Assembly (NCBI GenBank): GCA_963741135.1 | Contig: CAVUHC010000006.1 | Span: 669,760 to 733,759, forward strand | DNA length: 64,000 nucleotides | Direction of reading: 5' to 3' | Source of the DNA: an uncultured Acidobacteriota bacterium | Lineage (GTDB): Bacteria > Acidobacteriota > Vicinamibacteria > Vicinamibacterales > UBA2999 | Shown here: in pieces, positions 38,177-47,273 of the stretch | How the letters are laid out: each line of letters starts with the position of its first letter | Position numbering within the stretch: position 1 is the first letter of the stretch | Made by a program: the position numbers and the translations under genes | Notes under the pieces: model-generated | Told to the model about the DNA's origin: nothing | The model's database searches: none | The model's input: the letters and a program-made list of their open reading frames with translations, nothing else

Positions 38177-39109
38177 ATGCTCTCCATCCTGACTCCCGCA
38201 TTCAACGAGGCGGCCAATCTGCCGCAGCTGTACGCCCGCCTCGTCGAGACGATGGGCGCGATCGGCGGGGAGTGGGAGTGGATCATCGTCGACGATCACT
38301 CACGCGACGAAACGTTCGCTGTGATCGAAGGCCTCGCGTTGCGCGATGCGCGTGTGCGCGGGTTCAGGCTCGCACGCAACTCGGGCTCGCACGTCGCGAT
38401 TACGTGCGGCCTCCATCACGTGGATGGGGCCGCGGCGGTGATGATGGCGGCGGATCTCCAGGATCCACCGGAGACGCTTACTGCGATGCTCGACAAGTGG
38501 CGCAGGGGGGCGCAGGTGGTGTGGGCAGTCCGGCGCGCACAGCCGGGCCGGAAGTCGCACGCGGGATTCGCTGCGTTCTACTACTGGATCATGAGGCACG
38601 TGGTCGGCATGAAGGAGATGCCGGCGCGAGGCGCCGACTTCTTCCTCATCGATCGCGCGGTGATCGAGGCGTTCCGGCGATTCCCGGAGCGCAACGTCAG
38701 CGTGCTCGCGCTCATCACGTGGCTCGGCTTCCGCCAGGACTCCGTCGAGTACGACAAACAGCCGCGGGCGGCGGGACAGTCGGGATGGACCCTGGCGCGA
38801 AAGATCACGCTTGTCATCGATTCAGTCACGTCGTTCTCCGACTTTCCAATCCGGCTCTGCGCGTACGGCGGCGCCTCGCTCATCGCGATCGCGCTGGTCA
38901 TCCTGATCGTGTCGCTCATCCGTCTGCCGACCCTGCTCGCAGGCCTGCTGTTCGTGCTGTCCGTGCTCATCGGACTGGCAGGACTGCAGCTGCTGGCGCT
39001 GGGGATCGTCGGCGAGTACGTGTGGCGCGCGCTCGATGAGGCACGGCGACGGCCCGCGTATCTGATCGAGGCGGTCGCGGGGCAGCCAGAACCCGCCAAG
39101 CTGCAGTAG
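38177..39109 (+). CDS. GT2 polyprenyl-phosphate glycosyltransferase (ArnC/GtrB/DPM1-like) with two C-terminal TM helices
   Basis: LSILTPAFNEAANLPQL, IIVDDHSRDETF, RLARNSGSHVAITCGL, MAADLQDPPE and GADFFLIDR are present. The hydrophobic C-terminus is IRLCAYGGASLIAIALVILIV..LLAGLLFVLSVLIGLAGLQLLALGIVGEY. Confidence 0.85.
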   Translation: MLSILTPAFNEAANLPQLYARLVETMGAIGGEWEWIIVDDHSRDETFAVIEGLALRDARVRGFRLARNSGSHVAITCGLHHVDGAAAVMMAADLQDPPETLTAMLDKWRRGAQVVWAVRRAQPGRKSHAGFAAFYYWIMRHVVGMKEMPARGADFFLIDRAVIEAFRRFPERNVSVLALITWLGFRQDSVEYDKQPRAAGQSGWTLARKITLVIDSVTSFSDFPIRLCAYGGASLIAIALVILIVSLIRLPTLLAGLLFVLSVLIGLAGLQLLALGIVGEYVWRALDEARRRPAYLIEAVAGQPEPAKLQ

Positions 39110-39129
39110 AATGCGGACTTCCGTTCGCC
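39106..39129. repeat. Degenerate member of the GTAGRGG-hairpin REP family
   Basis: GTAGAATGCGGACTTCCGTTCGCC compares with GTAGAGGCGGACCTTCAGGTTCGCC at 32624-32648. It overlaps the GT2 stop codon. Confidence 0.5.
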
Positions 39130-39233
39130 CACACGGCTGGGCTCGAGCGGGTCTCCTTCAACTTGACGCTCTGACTGGCGACGGGAGCCGAGGTTCTTGC
39201 CAAGGTTCGGACCCTGAGCCCTGAGGCCTGTTT

Positions 39234-40158
39234 TTGATCGACTGTATCGCCGGGTATCACCTGAATCCATGGACGTGCGGCATCGCGAAGTTCAACGCGA
39301 TTCTCGCGCGGCGTCTCGACGTGCCCGTCGTCGGGATCGGCACGGTGGACCTGAACGGTTACAAGCGGCCGCTGTTGTCGCTGAAGATGTCCGAGTTCTC
39401 GGCGGAACATGCGCTTGCGCTCGATACGTGGATTGATCGCCACGCCGGCGAGTATCGAGCTCTTCCTGCACGCCTTCGACAACAGCGCGCTCGAGAAGCG
39501 GATGCTGGCGGCGGCGGCCAGGGTCTGCTGCGGAAATCGCGAGTTGTCCGAACAGCTGAAGCCGGCGCGTCCCGATATCGTCGAGCTATTCTGCCCGGGA
39601 ACGCTGCTCAATCCAGAGCGATTCGACAAGACCGAGTTGTCGGTGTTCACCTTCGGCATGGCGCACAAGATTCGCGTGCCCCTGTATCGGCGGCTCCGGG
39701 ATCTGCTGGACGCAACGGGCAAGACCTACTCGGTCTACGTCTCGACGGCGCTCCACGAGAACACGAGCTTTGACGATTCGTTCGTGGTCCGGTTCGAGGA
39801 GCTGCAGTCGATTTTCAACCGGCAGGTGTATTTCATGGGCTACTTGTCGGACACGGCGGTCTTCAACCATCTGGTCGATTGCACGTTCGTTGCGGCGTTC
39901 TTCGAGAAGGGGCTGCGCGCGAACAACACGACGGTCAACGCGGCAATGGAGGTTGGGTGCGCCGTCGTGACGAACCTCGACGATCACTCGCCCGAGGGCC
40001 TCGTCCACATGAGGAACGTGATCGACATCAACCGGTGCGACCGCCTTCCTGAGGCGGCGGAGGCGGAAACAATTGGCCGCGCGGCGCGCGACATCGCGCA
40101 CGGGGACTATGGGTGGGACCAGCTCGTCGCGCAGCTGCGTCCCGTCGTTCAGATATGA
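39234..40158 (+). pseudogene. Hypothetical protein, possibly a small GT-B-type glycosyltransferase; one frame change near 39440
   Basis: The N-terminal part is in ORF 39234.. (TTG start, MIDCIAGYHLNPWTCGIAKFN..ALDTWIDRH). The rest is in ORF 39409..40158. The C-terminal block FVAAFFEKGLRANNTTVNAAMEVGCAVVTN loosely resembles the GT4 donor-binding region. The function call is weak. Confidence 0.45.
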
Positions 40159-40210
40159 GCGGGGCGTAACGCCCCGCCCTACGCGTGTAGGGTGCCCCTT
40201 TACGGGGCGC
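40159..40210. repeat. Three consecutive hairpins: two GTAGGG-hairpin REP units in inverted orientation (BIME-like)
   Basis: The hairpins are GCGGGGCG-TAA-CGCCCCGC (40159-40177), CCTAC-GCGT-GTAGG (40178-40191) and GCCCC-TTTAC-GGGGC (40194-40208). Confidence 0.7.
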
Positions 40211-40211
40211 C

Positions 40212-41303
40212 GTGGGGAGACAGGCATTGGCAGGGACTATCACAATCGGCGCCCACGAGATCGGCGACCACACCAAGTGCTATGTGATTGCCGAAATCGG
40301 CCACAACCACCAGGGCAGCCTCGAGAAGGCCCGAGAGCTGTTCCGCGAGGCGAAGCTGGCCGGCGCCCACGCGGTCAAGCTGCAGAAGCGCGATAACCGC
40401 GGCCTCTATACGCGAGCGGCGTACAACAAGCCGTACGACAACGAGAACAGCTTCGGGTCGACCTACGGCGAGCACCGCGAGTTCCTCGAGTTCGGCCACA
40501 AGGAGTACCGCGCGCTGCAGACGTACGCGCGCGAGCTCGATGTCGATTTCTTCTCGACCGCGTTCGATCTCGCCAGCGCCGATTTCCTGCGGCAGCTGGA
40601 CGTCCCCGCCTACAAGATCGCATCCGGAGATCTCAAGAGCACGCCGCTGCTGAAGCATGTCGCGGGGTTTGGCAAGCCGATGGTCATCTCCACCGGCGGC
40701 GCCGTGATCGAGGACGTGCGGCGCGCCTACGACACCATCATGCCAATCAATCCCCAGCTGGCCATCCTGCAGTGCACCGCCGGGTATCCGGCGGCGTTCG
40801 ATGAGCTTGACCTGCGCGTCATCGACACGTACCGCGATCGGTTCCCGGGCGCGGCAATCGGCTTCTCCAGTCACGACAATGGCATCGCGATGCCGGTGGC
40901 GGCCTACATGCTCGGCGCTCGCATTGTGGAGAAACACTTCACGCTGAATCGTGCGATGAAAGGGACCGACCACGCGTTCTCTCTCGAGCCGGTCGGCCTG
41001 CGCAAGATGGTGCGCGACCTCGATCGCACGTACAAGGCGCTTGGCAATGGCATCAAGAAGATTTACGAGAGCGAGAAGGCGCCCATCGTCAAGATGGGCA
41101 AGAGCCTCGTCGTTGCGCGCGATCTTCCGGCCGGCCACGTGATTGGTGCGAACGACATCGTGATGAAATCGCCGGCCGGCGGCATTCCACCGTACGAGTT
41201 GCACAAGGTGATCGGCCGCGTGACGCTCAAGCCGCTGGTGCAGGACGATTTCCTCACCTTCGAGGTTTTGGGCAAGCCCGACGCCGAGCTCGCCCGTTCG
41301 TGA
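40212..41303 (+). CDS. neuB: Second NeuB-family synthase, of the AEIGxNHQG type; to my recollection closer to animal/Bacteroides NulO-9-phosphate (NANS/Kdn-9-P) synthases than to the neuB at 19034
   Basis: CYVIAEIGHNHQGSLEKARELFREAKLAGAHAVKLQKR, GSTYGEHREFLEF, YKIASGDL, GKPMVISTGG, LQCTAGYP, LRVIDTYRDRFP, IGFSSHDNGIAMPVAAYMLGARIVEKHFTL, KGTDHAFSLEP and the SAF-like GKSLVVARDLPAGHVI are present. Confidence 0.85.
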   Translation: MGRQALAGTITIGAHEIGDHTKCYVIAEIGHNHQGSLEKARELFREAKLAGAHAVKLQKRDNRGLYTRAAYNKPYDNENSFGSTYGEHREFLEFGHKEYRALQTYARELDVDFFSTAFDLASADFLRQLDVPAYKIASGDLKSTPLLKHVAGFGKPMVISTGGAVIEDVRRAYDTIMPINPQLAILQCTAGYPAAFDELDLRVIDTYRDRFPGAAIGFSSHDNGIAMPVAAYMLGARIVEKHFTLNRAMKGTDHAFSLEPVGLRKMVRDLDRTYKALGNGIKKIYESEKAPIVKMGKSLVVARDLPAGHVIGANDIVMKSPAGGIPPYELHKVIGRVTLKPLVQDDFLTFEVLGKPDAELARS

Positions 41304-42110
41304 GCGGACGCTTCAGCCTCGATCAACAGATCGCAGTCGTCACCGGCGCGTGCGGCCGCCTCGGACCCATATGGGTCGAGGCGCTGCTGGATGCCGGTGC
41401 GCGCGTCGCGGCGCTTGAACTGCCGGGCGCCCCGGTCTCGGCTGCGTTCCGCGCGCTCGCGGAAGGGTCGCCTCTCACGCTCGAGCGGTTCGATTGCGAC
41501 ATCACCAGGCGCGAATCGATTGAAAGTCGCGGCGGCGGCGGTGGCAAGCCGCATGGGCGCCGCCAGCGTGCTCGTCAACAACGCCGGCGTCGATCAGCCG
41601 CCCGACGCGGGCGGCAATCGATCGACCATCGACGATCTTCCAATCGAACAGTTCCGGAAGATGATTGAGGTCAACCTCCTCGGCACCTTCCAGGTGACGC
41701 AGGTGTTTGGCGGACAGATGGCGGCGCGCGGACACGGCTCGATCATCAACATCGGCTCGCTGTACGCATCGGTGTCGCCCGATCAGCGGTTCTACGATCA
41801 CCTGCCCGGGGATGTGCCGTTTCTCAAGTCGCCGGCCTATGGCGCATCGAAAGCGGCGGTGGTCAATATGACGAAGTACTTTTCGACGCTCTGGGGCCGG
41901 CAGGGGATTCGCGTGAACACGCTGTCTCCCGGCGGCGTCCTGGGCGGCCAGGACGACCAGTTCAAGTCGAAGTACGGCGCGCGCGTACCGCTCGGGCGGA
42001 TGGCGCAGATGGACGATCTGAAAGGGCCCCTGGTGTTCCTCGCCTCGCCTGCATCGTCGTACGTGACGGGCCACGAGCTTCGCGTCGATGGAGGTTTTAC
42101 GGCGTGGTAA
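41300..42110 (+). pseudogene. Short-chain dehydrogenase/reductase (classical SDR); one frame change near 41510-41530
   Basis: GTG 41300 overlaps TGA 41301-41303. IAVVTGACGRLG (TGxxxGxG-like) is in ORF 41300... LVNNAGV, IINIGSLY, YGASKAAV (YxxxK), RVNTLSPG and GHELRVDGG are in ORF 41391..42110. Confidence 0.8.
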
Positions 42111-43624
42111 AGGCTGTCAACGCCCAGCTTCCAACTCCCAGGTCCAGGGCCGCCGATCTCTCGGTGATTCCATCGGTGATTCTGAACCAGCTCGGCACCG
42201 ACCACATGCCGTCCGTGGACGGACGCACGTTCCGCAAGATGGATCCCGCGACCGGCAGAGCGCTGTGCGAGGTTGCGCGATCCACGGCCGCGGACGTGGA
42301 GCTCGCGGTCACGAAGGCGAAGGCGGCGCAGCCGGCGTGGGCCGCGCTGACGGTGGTCAAGCGCGGAGATATCCTGCGGCAGCTTGCGCTGCTGATGCGC
42401 GAGCACCGCGACGCGATCGCGGCGCTTGTCGCAAGGGAAACCGGCAAGTCCAGGAAAGACGCGCTCGGTGAAACCGACGCCGCGATCGAGATGGGCTTCT
42501 TTGTCGCCGGCGAAGGGCGTCGCTTCTACGGCCAGACGACAACCAGCGCCGTGCCGAACAAGTCGGCAATGGTCGTTCGCCAGCCGCTTGGCGTTGCCGG
42601 TCTCATCATTGCGGCGAACACGCCGATCGCCAACGTTGCATGGAAAGCGTTCCCTGCGTTGCTGTGCGGCAACGCGGCGATTCTGAAGGCGGCCGAGGAT
42701 ACGCCACTCTCCGCGTGGGCGTTTGGGATCCTCGCGCGCGAGGCCGGAGTCCCCGATGGCGTCTACACGACGCTTCACGGCCTCGGTGACGAGGCTGGCG
42801 CGCCGCTCGTCCAGCATCCGGACGTGTCGGTCATCAGCTTCACCGGCTCGTGCGAGGTCGGCCGCTGGATCGCCGAGACAGCGGGCCGTCGGCTTGCCAA
42901 GGTCTGCCTCGAGCTCGGCGGCAAGAATCCGTTGATTGTCTGTGATGATGCGGATTTGCAGAACGCGGTGACGTGGACGGTGGGGTCGGCGTTCAGCAAC
43001 GCCGGCCAGCGGTGCGCGGCCGGAAGCCGCGTCATCGTGTTCGATGCCGTGTACGACCGGTTCAAGTCGATGCTCGTCGATGCGACCATGAAGCTGAGGG
43101 TGGGGACCGGCGACACCGATGACTACGGACCGGTCATCAACCAAGAGCAGATGACCAACATGCTCGCGGCCGTGGAGCGCGCGAAGCAGTCGGGGGCGGC
43201 AGTGCTCACCGGCGGCGAGCGGTTGACGGGCTCGAGCTATGGGGACGGCTACTTCGTCGCGCCGACAATCGTGGAGCATGTCGGGCCGAACGATGAAATC
43301 ACGCGCAGCGAGCTGTTCGGTCCGATCACCTGTCTCTACCGGGTCGAGGATTTCGAGGAAGCGATTGCGCTGGCCAACGACTCACCCTTCGGCCTGACGG
43401 CGTCGATTCACACGCAGAACATCAACCGGGCCATGACGTTCATCGGCCGGATCCAGTCGGGCGTGGCCGTCGTGAATGGCGGCACCTACGGCAGCGAACC
43501 GCACCTGCCGTTCGGAGGCCTTCGTCAATCGGGCAACGGCTGGCGCGAGGCGGGGACGCAGGCGCTCGACGTGTACTCGGATCTGAAGACCGTTTACATC
43601 AATCACAACCCGGACAAGGTGTAA
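42104..43624 (+). CDS. NAD(P)-dependent aldehyde dehydrogenase (alternative start ATG 42206)
   Basis: FRKMDPATG, GVAGLIIAANTP, FTGSCEVGRWI, ELGGKNPLIV, NAGQRCAAGSRVIV, ELFGPI and PFGGLRQSGNG are present. The first ~34 codons contain a CCAACTCCCAG repeat word and may not be coding. Confidence 0.85.
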   Translation: MVKAVNAQLPTPRSRAADLSVIPSVILNQLGTDHMPSVDGRTFRKMDPATGRALCEVARSTAADVELAVTKAKAAQPAWAALTVVKRGDILRQLALLMREHRDAIAALVARETGKSRKDALGETDAAIEMGFFVAGEGRRFYGQTTTSAVPNKSAMVVRQPLGVAGLIIAANTPIANVAWKAFPALLCGNAAILKAAEDTPLSAWAFGILAREAGVPDGVYTTLHGLGDEAGAPLVQHPDVSVISFTGSCEVGRWIAETAGRRLAKVCLELGGKNPLIVCDDADLQNAVTWTVGSAFSNAGQRCAAGSRVIVFDAVYDRFKSMLVDATMKLRVGTGDTDDYGPVINQEQMTNMLAAVERAKQSGAAVLTGGERLTGSSYGDGYFVAPTIVEHVGPNDEITRSELFGPITCLYRVEDFEEAIALANDSPFGLTASIHTQNINRAMTFIGRIQSGVAVVNGGTYGSEPHLPFGGLRQSGNGWREAGTQALDVYSDLKTVYINHNPDKV

Positions 43625-43625
43625 G

Positions 43626-43706
43626 GGGGTCGGGAGTCATTACAAGAATCGAAATCGAGATCAGTTGCGCGACCCGATTTCGATTCTTGTAATGACTCCC
43701 GACCCC
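43626..43706. repeat. Perfect 32-bp inverted repeat with 17-nt spacer
   Basis: GGGGTCGGGAGTCATTACAAGAATCGAAATCG (43626-43657) and its exact reverse complement (43675-43706). It starts 2 nt after the ALDH stop and has no downstream T-tract. Confidence 0.9.
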
Positions 43707-43729
43707 GATCAACAACGCAGAAGGCAGAA

Positions 43730-44504
43730 GTGCGAACTCCAGGATCTCTGAGTGCCGTTGCTCTGATTCCCGCCCGCCAAGGCTCGAAGCGTGTTCCAGG
43801 CAAGAACGTCCGTCTGCTGCAGGGCCATCCGTTGCTGGCGTACACGATCGCGCCAGCGCTCGAAAGCGGCGTGTTCGATTCCGTAATCGTGTCGACCGAC
43901 TCCGAGGAGACCGCGGCGATCGCGCGGCACTATGGCGCCGAGGTGCCGTTTCTGAGGCCGAAGGAGTTTGCGGGCGACAGGTCGCCGGACATCGAGTGGG
44001 TCGAGTACACGCTTGCGAGAGCTGACGCGCCGAGGCCGGAGCTGGGACGGTTTCTCGCTGCTCCGACCGACGAGTCCGTTTCGCACCGCGGACACGATCC
44101 GCCGGGCCTGGGAGCGTTTCACGGCGCAGGACGGAGCGGACTCGCTGCGCGCCGTCGAGAAATGCGGACAGCATCCCGCCAAGATGTGGGTCCTGCAGGG
44201 TGACCGGATGGTTCCATTGCTGCAGCCGTCGGATCCGGCCGCGCCGCCGTGGCACAGCATGCCGTACCAGGCGCTCCCACCGATTTACGTGCAGAATGCG
44301 TCACTGGAGATCGCGTGGACGCGCGTCGTCTCGGAGAAGCGGACGATCGCCGGCGACGTGCTGGTGCCGTTCATCACGCAAGGCTACGAGGGGTTCGATA
44401 TCAACGATCCGCACGACTGGATGATTGCCGAGCGCCTGCTCGCGGATGGGACGGTCACGTTGCCGCGCGTCGCGCAGGAACCTTACGGAGCCGTGCGGAT
44501 TTGA
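43730..44504 (+). pseudogene. NulO/ulosonic-acid cytidylyltransferase (CTP_transf_3-like); one frame change near 44010-44040
   Basis: AVALIPARQGSKRVPGKNV, VSTDSEE and EVPFLRP are in ORF 43730... SLLRPTSPFR, MPYQALPPIYVQNASLEI and GFDINDPHDWMIAE are in ORF 43968..44504. Confidence 0.78.
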
Positions 44505-44590
44505 AAATCCCGATTCCCAAATCCCAACCCCCAAATCCCAACGTGATTGGTTTTTGGATTTGGGATTTGGGTTTTGGGTGTTGGGATTTA
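44505..44590. repeat. Long word-palindrome: AATCCCA-type words facing TTGGGAT-type words
   Basis: The left arm is AAATCCCGATTCCCAAATCCCAACCCCCAAATCCCAACG (44505-44543). The right arm is TGGTTTTTGGATTTGGGATTTGGGTTTTGGGTGTTGGGATTT (44548-44589). The element ends in TTGGGATTTACCG as at 26528-26540. Confidence 0.8.
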
Positions 44591-44594
44591 CCGA

Positions 44595-46551
44595 ATGGGT
44601 GATCTACAGACGGACCAAGGCGAAAGCCTAGACCTTCGCTACGTGCCCGTGTCGGAGTTCACACGGGTCGTGGGCGCGAAGGCGGATGCTGCCGCGCGCG
44701 CGGATGCGTTTGCGGCGCTTGCGCGGATCAACGCGCTGTACATGATCGCGGGCGCGTGGTCGGGCCACATCGGGACCAGTTTCAGCTCAATCGAGATCAT
44801 GAGCTGGCTGTTCCTGAACGAGCTGCGCGACCTCGGAAAGGGTCCCGACGACTGCGATATCTTCTTTTCATCGAAGGGCCACGACGCGCCGGCCCTCTAC
44901 TCGGTCCTGATCGGCCTCGGCCTGCTTCCTGCCGACAAGCTCCATCAACTTGCGGCGCCTTGGCGGCCTCCCCGGACACCCGCACGTCGAGACGCCGTAC
45001 ATCCAGGCGAACACCGGATCGCTCGGCATGGGCATCTCGAAGGCGAAGGGGATGGCGCTGGCGAACCGGCTGGCGGGCAGGCCGCGCCGCATCTTCGTGC
45101 TGACGGGAGATGGCGAGCTGCAGGAAGGGCAGTTCTGGGAGTCGCTCGGCTCTGCGGCGAACATGGGCCTCGGTGAGATCGTCGCAATCATCGATCACAA
45201 CAAGATCCAGTCGGACACGTGGGTCAGGAAGATCAGTGACCTCGGCGACATCGAAGCCAAGCTGAGCGCCTTCGGCTGGCACGTGAGTCGCTGCGACGGC
45301 CACGACGCGCGCGCGCTCGAGCGCACGTTCCGCGCGCTGGACGCCGTCGTGGATCGCCCGAAAGTCATCATCGCGGACACCGTCAAAGGCCGTGGTGTCT
45401 CGTTCATGGAAGGTCCCGCCGCGCTGAAGGCGAGCGATCTGTACCTGTTCCACTCAGGCGCGCCGCCCGAACAGCAATACCTCGATGGCCTCCAGCAATT
45501 GCTGACGACCGCCGAGTGCGCGTGTGCTGGTCTCGGGCTCGGTTCGCTGAAGACAGAAACGCGGACGCGCAATCCGCGCCGCGAGCCGCGTGACACGCAG
45601 AACCTCGTGGCGGCGTACGGGAAGGCGCTCGTGCAGCAGGCCGATCGCCATCCCCGGCTGGTCGTGCTCGACGCGGACCTCATCAAGGATTGCGGTCTGC
45701 TCGAATTCGCCGCGAAATACCCGCAGCGCTTCATCGAATGCGGCATCGCGGAACAGGACATGGCGTCGATGGCGTGCGGCATGGCGCGCCGCGGTGTGCT
45801 TCCAGTGGCGCATTCGTTCGCGTGCTTCCTCTCTACGCGGCCGAACGAGCAGATCTACAACCAGTGCAGCGAGGGGTCGAAGGCGATCTACGTCGGGTCG
45901 CTTGCAGGCGTCCTGCCTGGCGGCCCCGGCCACTCGCACCAGTCTGTCCGCGACATCAGCGCGCTGAGCGCTGTGCCCAACCTGCTGATGGCTGAACCCG
46001 CGGCGGAAGCCGAGGTGGAGGCGCTGTTCGATTACCTCGTGAACGACGCGACGGAGAGCGCCTACCTGCGACTCGTGTCGGTGAAATGGCCGCTGCCGTT
46101 CGCGTACCCGTCGAGCGTTCGCGTCGAGCCCGGCAAGGGATGGATCGTCCGCCCGGGAAACGACGCCGTGATCGTCGGGTACGGACCGTGGATGTTGTCC
46201 AACGCGTGGCATGCGGCCGAAGAGATTGAGCAGACGACCGGCTCTCGGCTGCGCATCGTCAACCTGCCGTGGCTCAATCGCGTGGATGCCGCGTGGCTGA
46301 AGGAAACGATCGGCGCGTGCCGCGCGATCATCACGCTCGACAACCACTACCTCCACGGTGGGCAGGGGGAGATGCTTGGCGCGGCGATCGCGGAGCTCGG
46401 CCTCGACCCGGCGGCGCGCGTCTCGCGCATCGGCGTCACCGAGCTGCCCGAGTGCGGCACCAACGACGAAGTGCTCGCCTATCACGGGCTCGACATCGCC
46501 GGGCTCGTCCGGCAGTTCAGCGCCGCCATGCGGCAGCACACTTTTCAATGA
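44595..46551 (+). pseudogene. Fused transketolase-family protein (TPP-binding N-terminal part plus pyrimidine-binding/C-terminal parts); one frame change near 44940-44955
   Basis: SGHIGTSFSSIEIMSWLF and FSSKGHDAPALY are in ORF 44547... GHPHVETPYIQANTGSLGMGISKAKGMA, VLTGDGELQEGQFWES, IIDHNKIQSD, FIECGIAEQDMASMACGMA and GPGHSHQSVRDIS are in ORF 44950..46551. Confidence 0.8.
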
Positions 46552-47273
46552 CTATTCTGTTTTGGGATATCGACGGGACACTGCTCACGACCGGCAAGGC
46601 CGGTGTGCCCGCCTGGGAAGCGGCCGTTCGCGAGACAACGGGAAAAGAATTCCAGTTGTCGTCGATTCGTGTGCCCGGGCTGACGGATTACCAGATCGCG
46701 GCGCGAACGTTCGAGTTGCTGGGCGTTCCCACGACCGGCGACGTGGTCAAACGGATGGTGACACGCTATGAGGAGCTGCTGCCCTCGACGCTCCGCTTGA
46801 AACAAGGGCGCGTGCTGCCCAATGTGCGCGAGATTCTCGAGGTGCTGCGCGCGAAGACGGGCGTCCGTTCATACTTGCTGACCGGCAACACGCGCGCGGG
46901 CGCGGGGGCAAAGCTGACACACTACGACCTGTTGAAATTCTTTCCCGACGGCGGGTTCGCCGAGGACCAGGGAAACCGGTCGACGATCGCGAAACGCGCG
47001 TTGGAACTGGCGCGCCGCAGCGGTCCGGTGACCGCCGATTGCACCTTCGTGATTGGCGATACGCCGCACGACATCGAGTGCGCGGCGCCGATCAACGCCC
47101 GCACGATCGCGGTTGCCACGGGCGGCTTTACTGTCGAGGAGTTGTCGGCATATCACCCTTGGCGCATATTCGCTGAGCTGCCGCCACCGTCTGAGTTCCT
47201 GCGGCTCATCGAAGAGCCCGCTGAAGCCGGCCCCCGTGTTCCGTCGATGCCCGCCGATCCCGTCCGCGCATGA
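46548..47273 (+). CDS. HAD-superfamily hydrolase (phosphatase, DxDGT motif)
   Basis: ATG 46548 overlaps TGA 46549-46551. ILFWDIDGTLL (motif I), LLTGNT (motif II-like) and VIGDTPHDIECA (motif IV-like) are present. Confidence 0.8.
   Translation: MTILFWDIDGTLLTTGKAGVPAWEAAVRETTGKEFQLSSIRVPGLTDYQIAARTFELLGVPTTGDVVKRMVTRYEELLPSTLRLKQGRVLPNVREILEVLRAKTGVRSYLLTGNTRAGAGAKLTHYDLLKFFPDGGFAEDQGNRSTIAKRALELARRSGPVTADCTFVIGDTPHDIECAAPINARTIAVATGGFTVEELSAYHPWRIFAELPPPSEFLRLIEEPAEAGPRVPSMPADPVRA

Noticed and set aside
39110-39233. The 124-nt gap after the ArnC-like GT2, ending in GGCCTGTTTTT, considered as an intrinsic terminator.
   Set aside because: I could not find a convincing stem immediately upstream of the T-run. 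The gap holds only a degenerate REP unit and an AGGTTC direct repeat.
42104-42205. The N-terminal 34 codons of the aldehyde dehydrogenase ORF as genuine coding sequence.
   Set aside because: This is left unresolved rather than fully rejected. The segment contains a repeat word and lacks ALDH-like sequence, so ATG 42206 may be the true start. The GTG 42104 start fits the tight-coupling pattern of the locus, so I kept the longer coordinates in the feature list.
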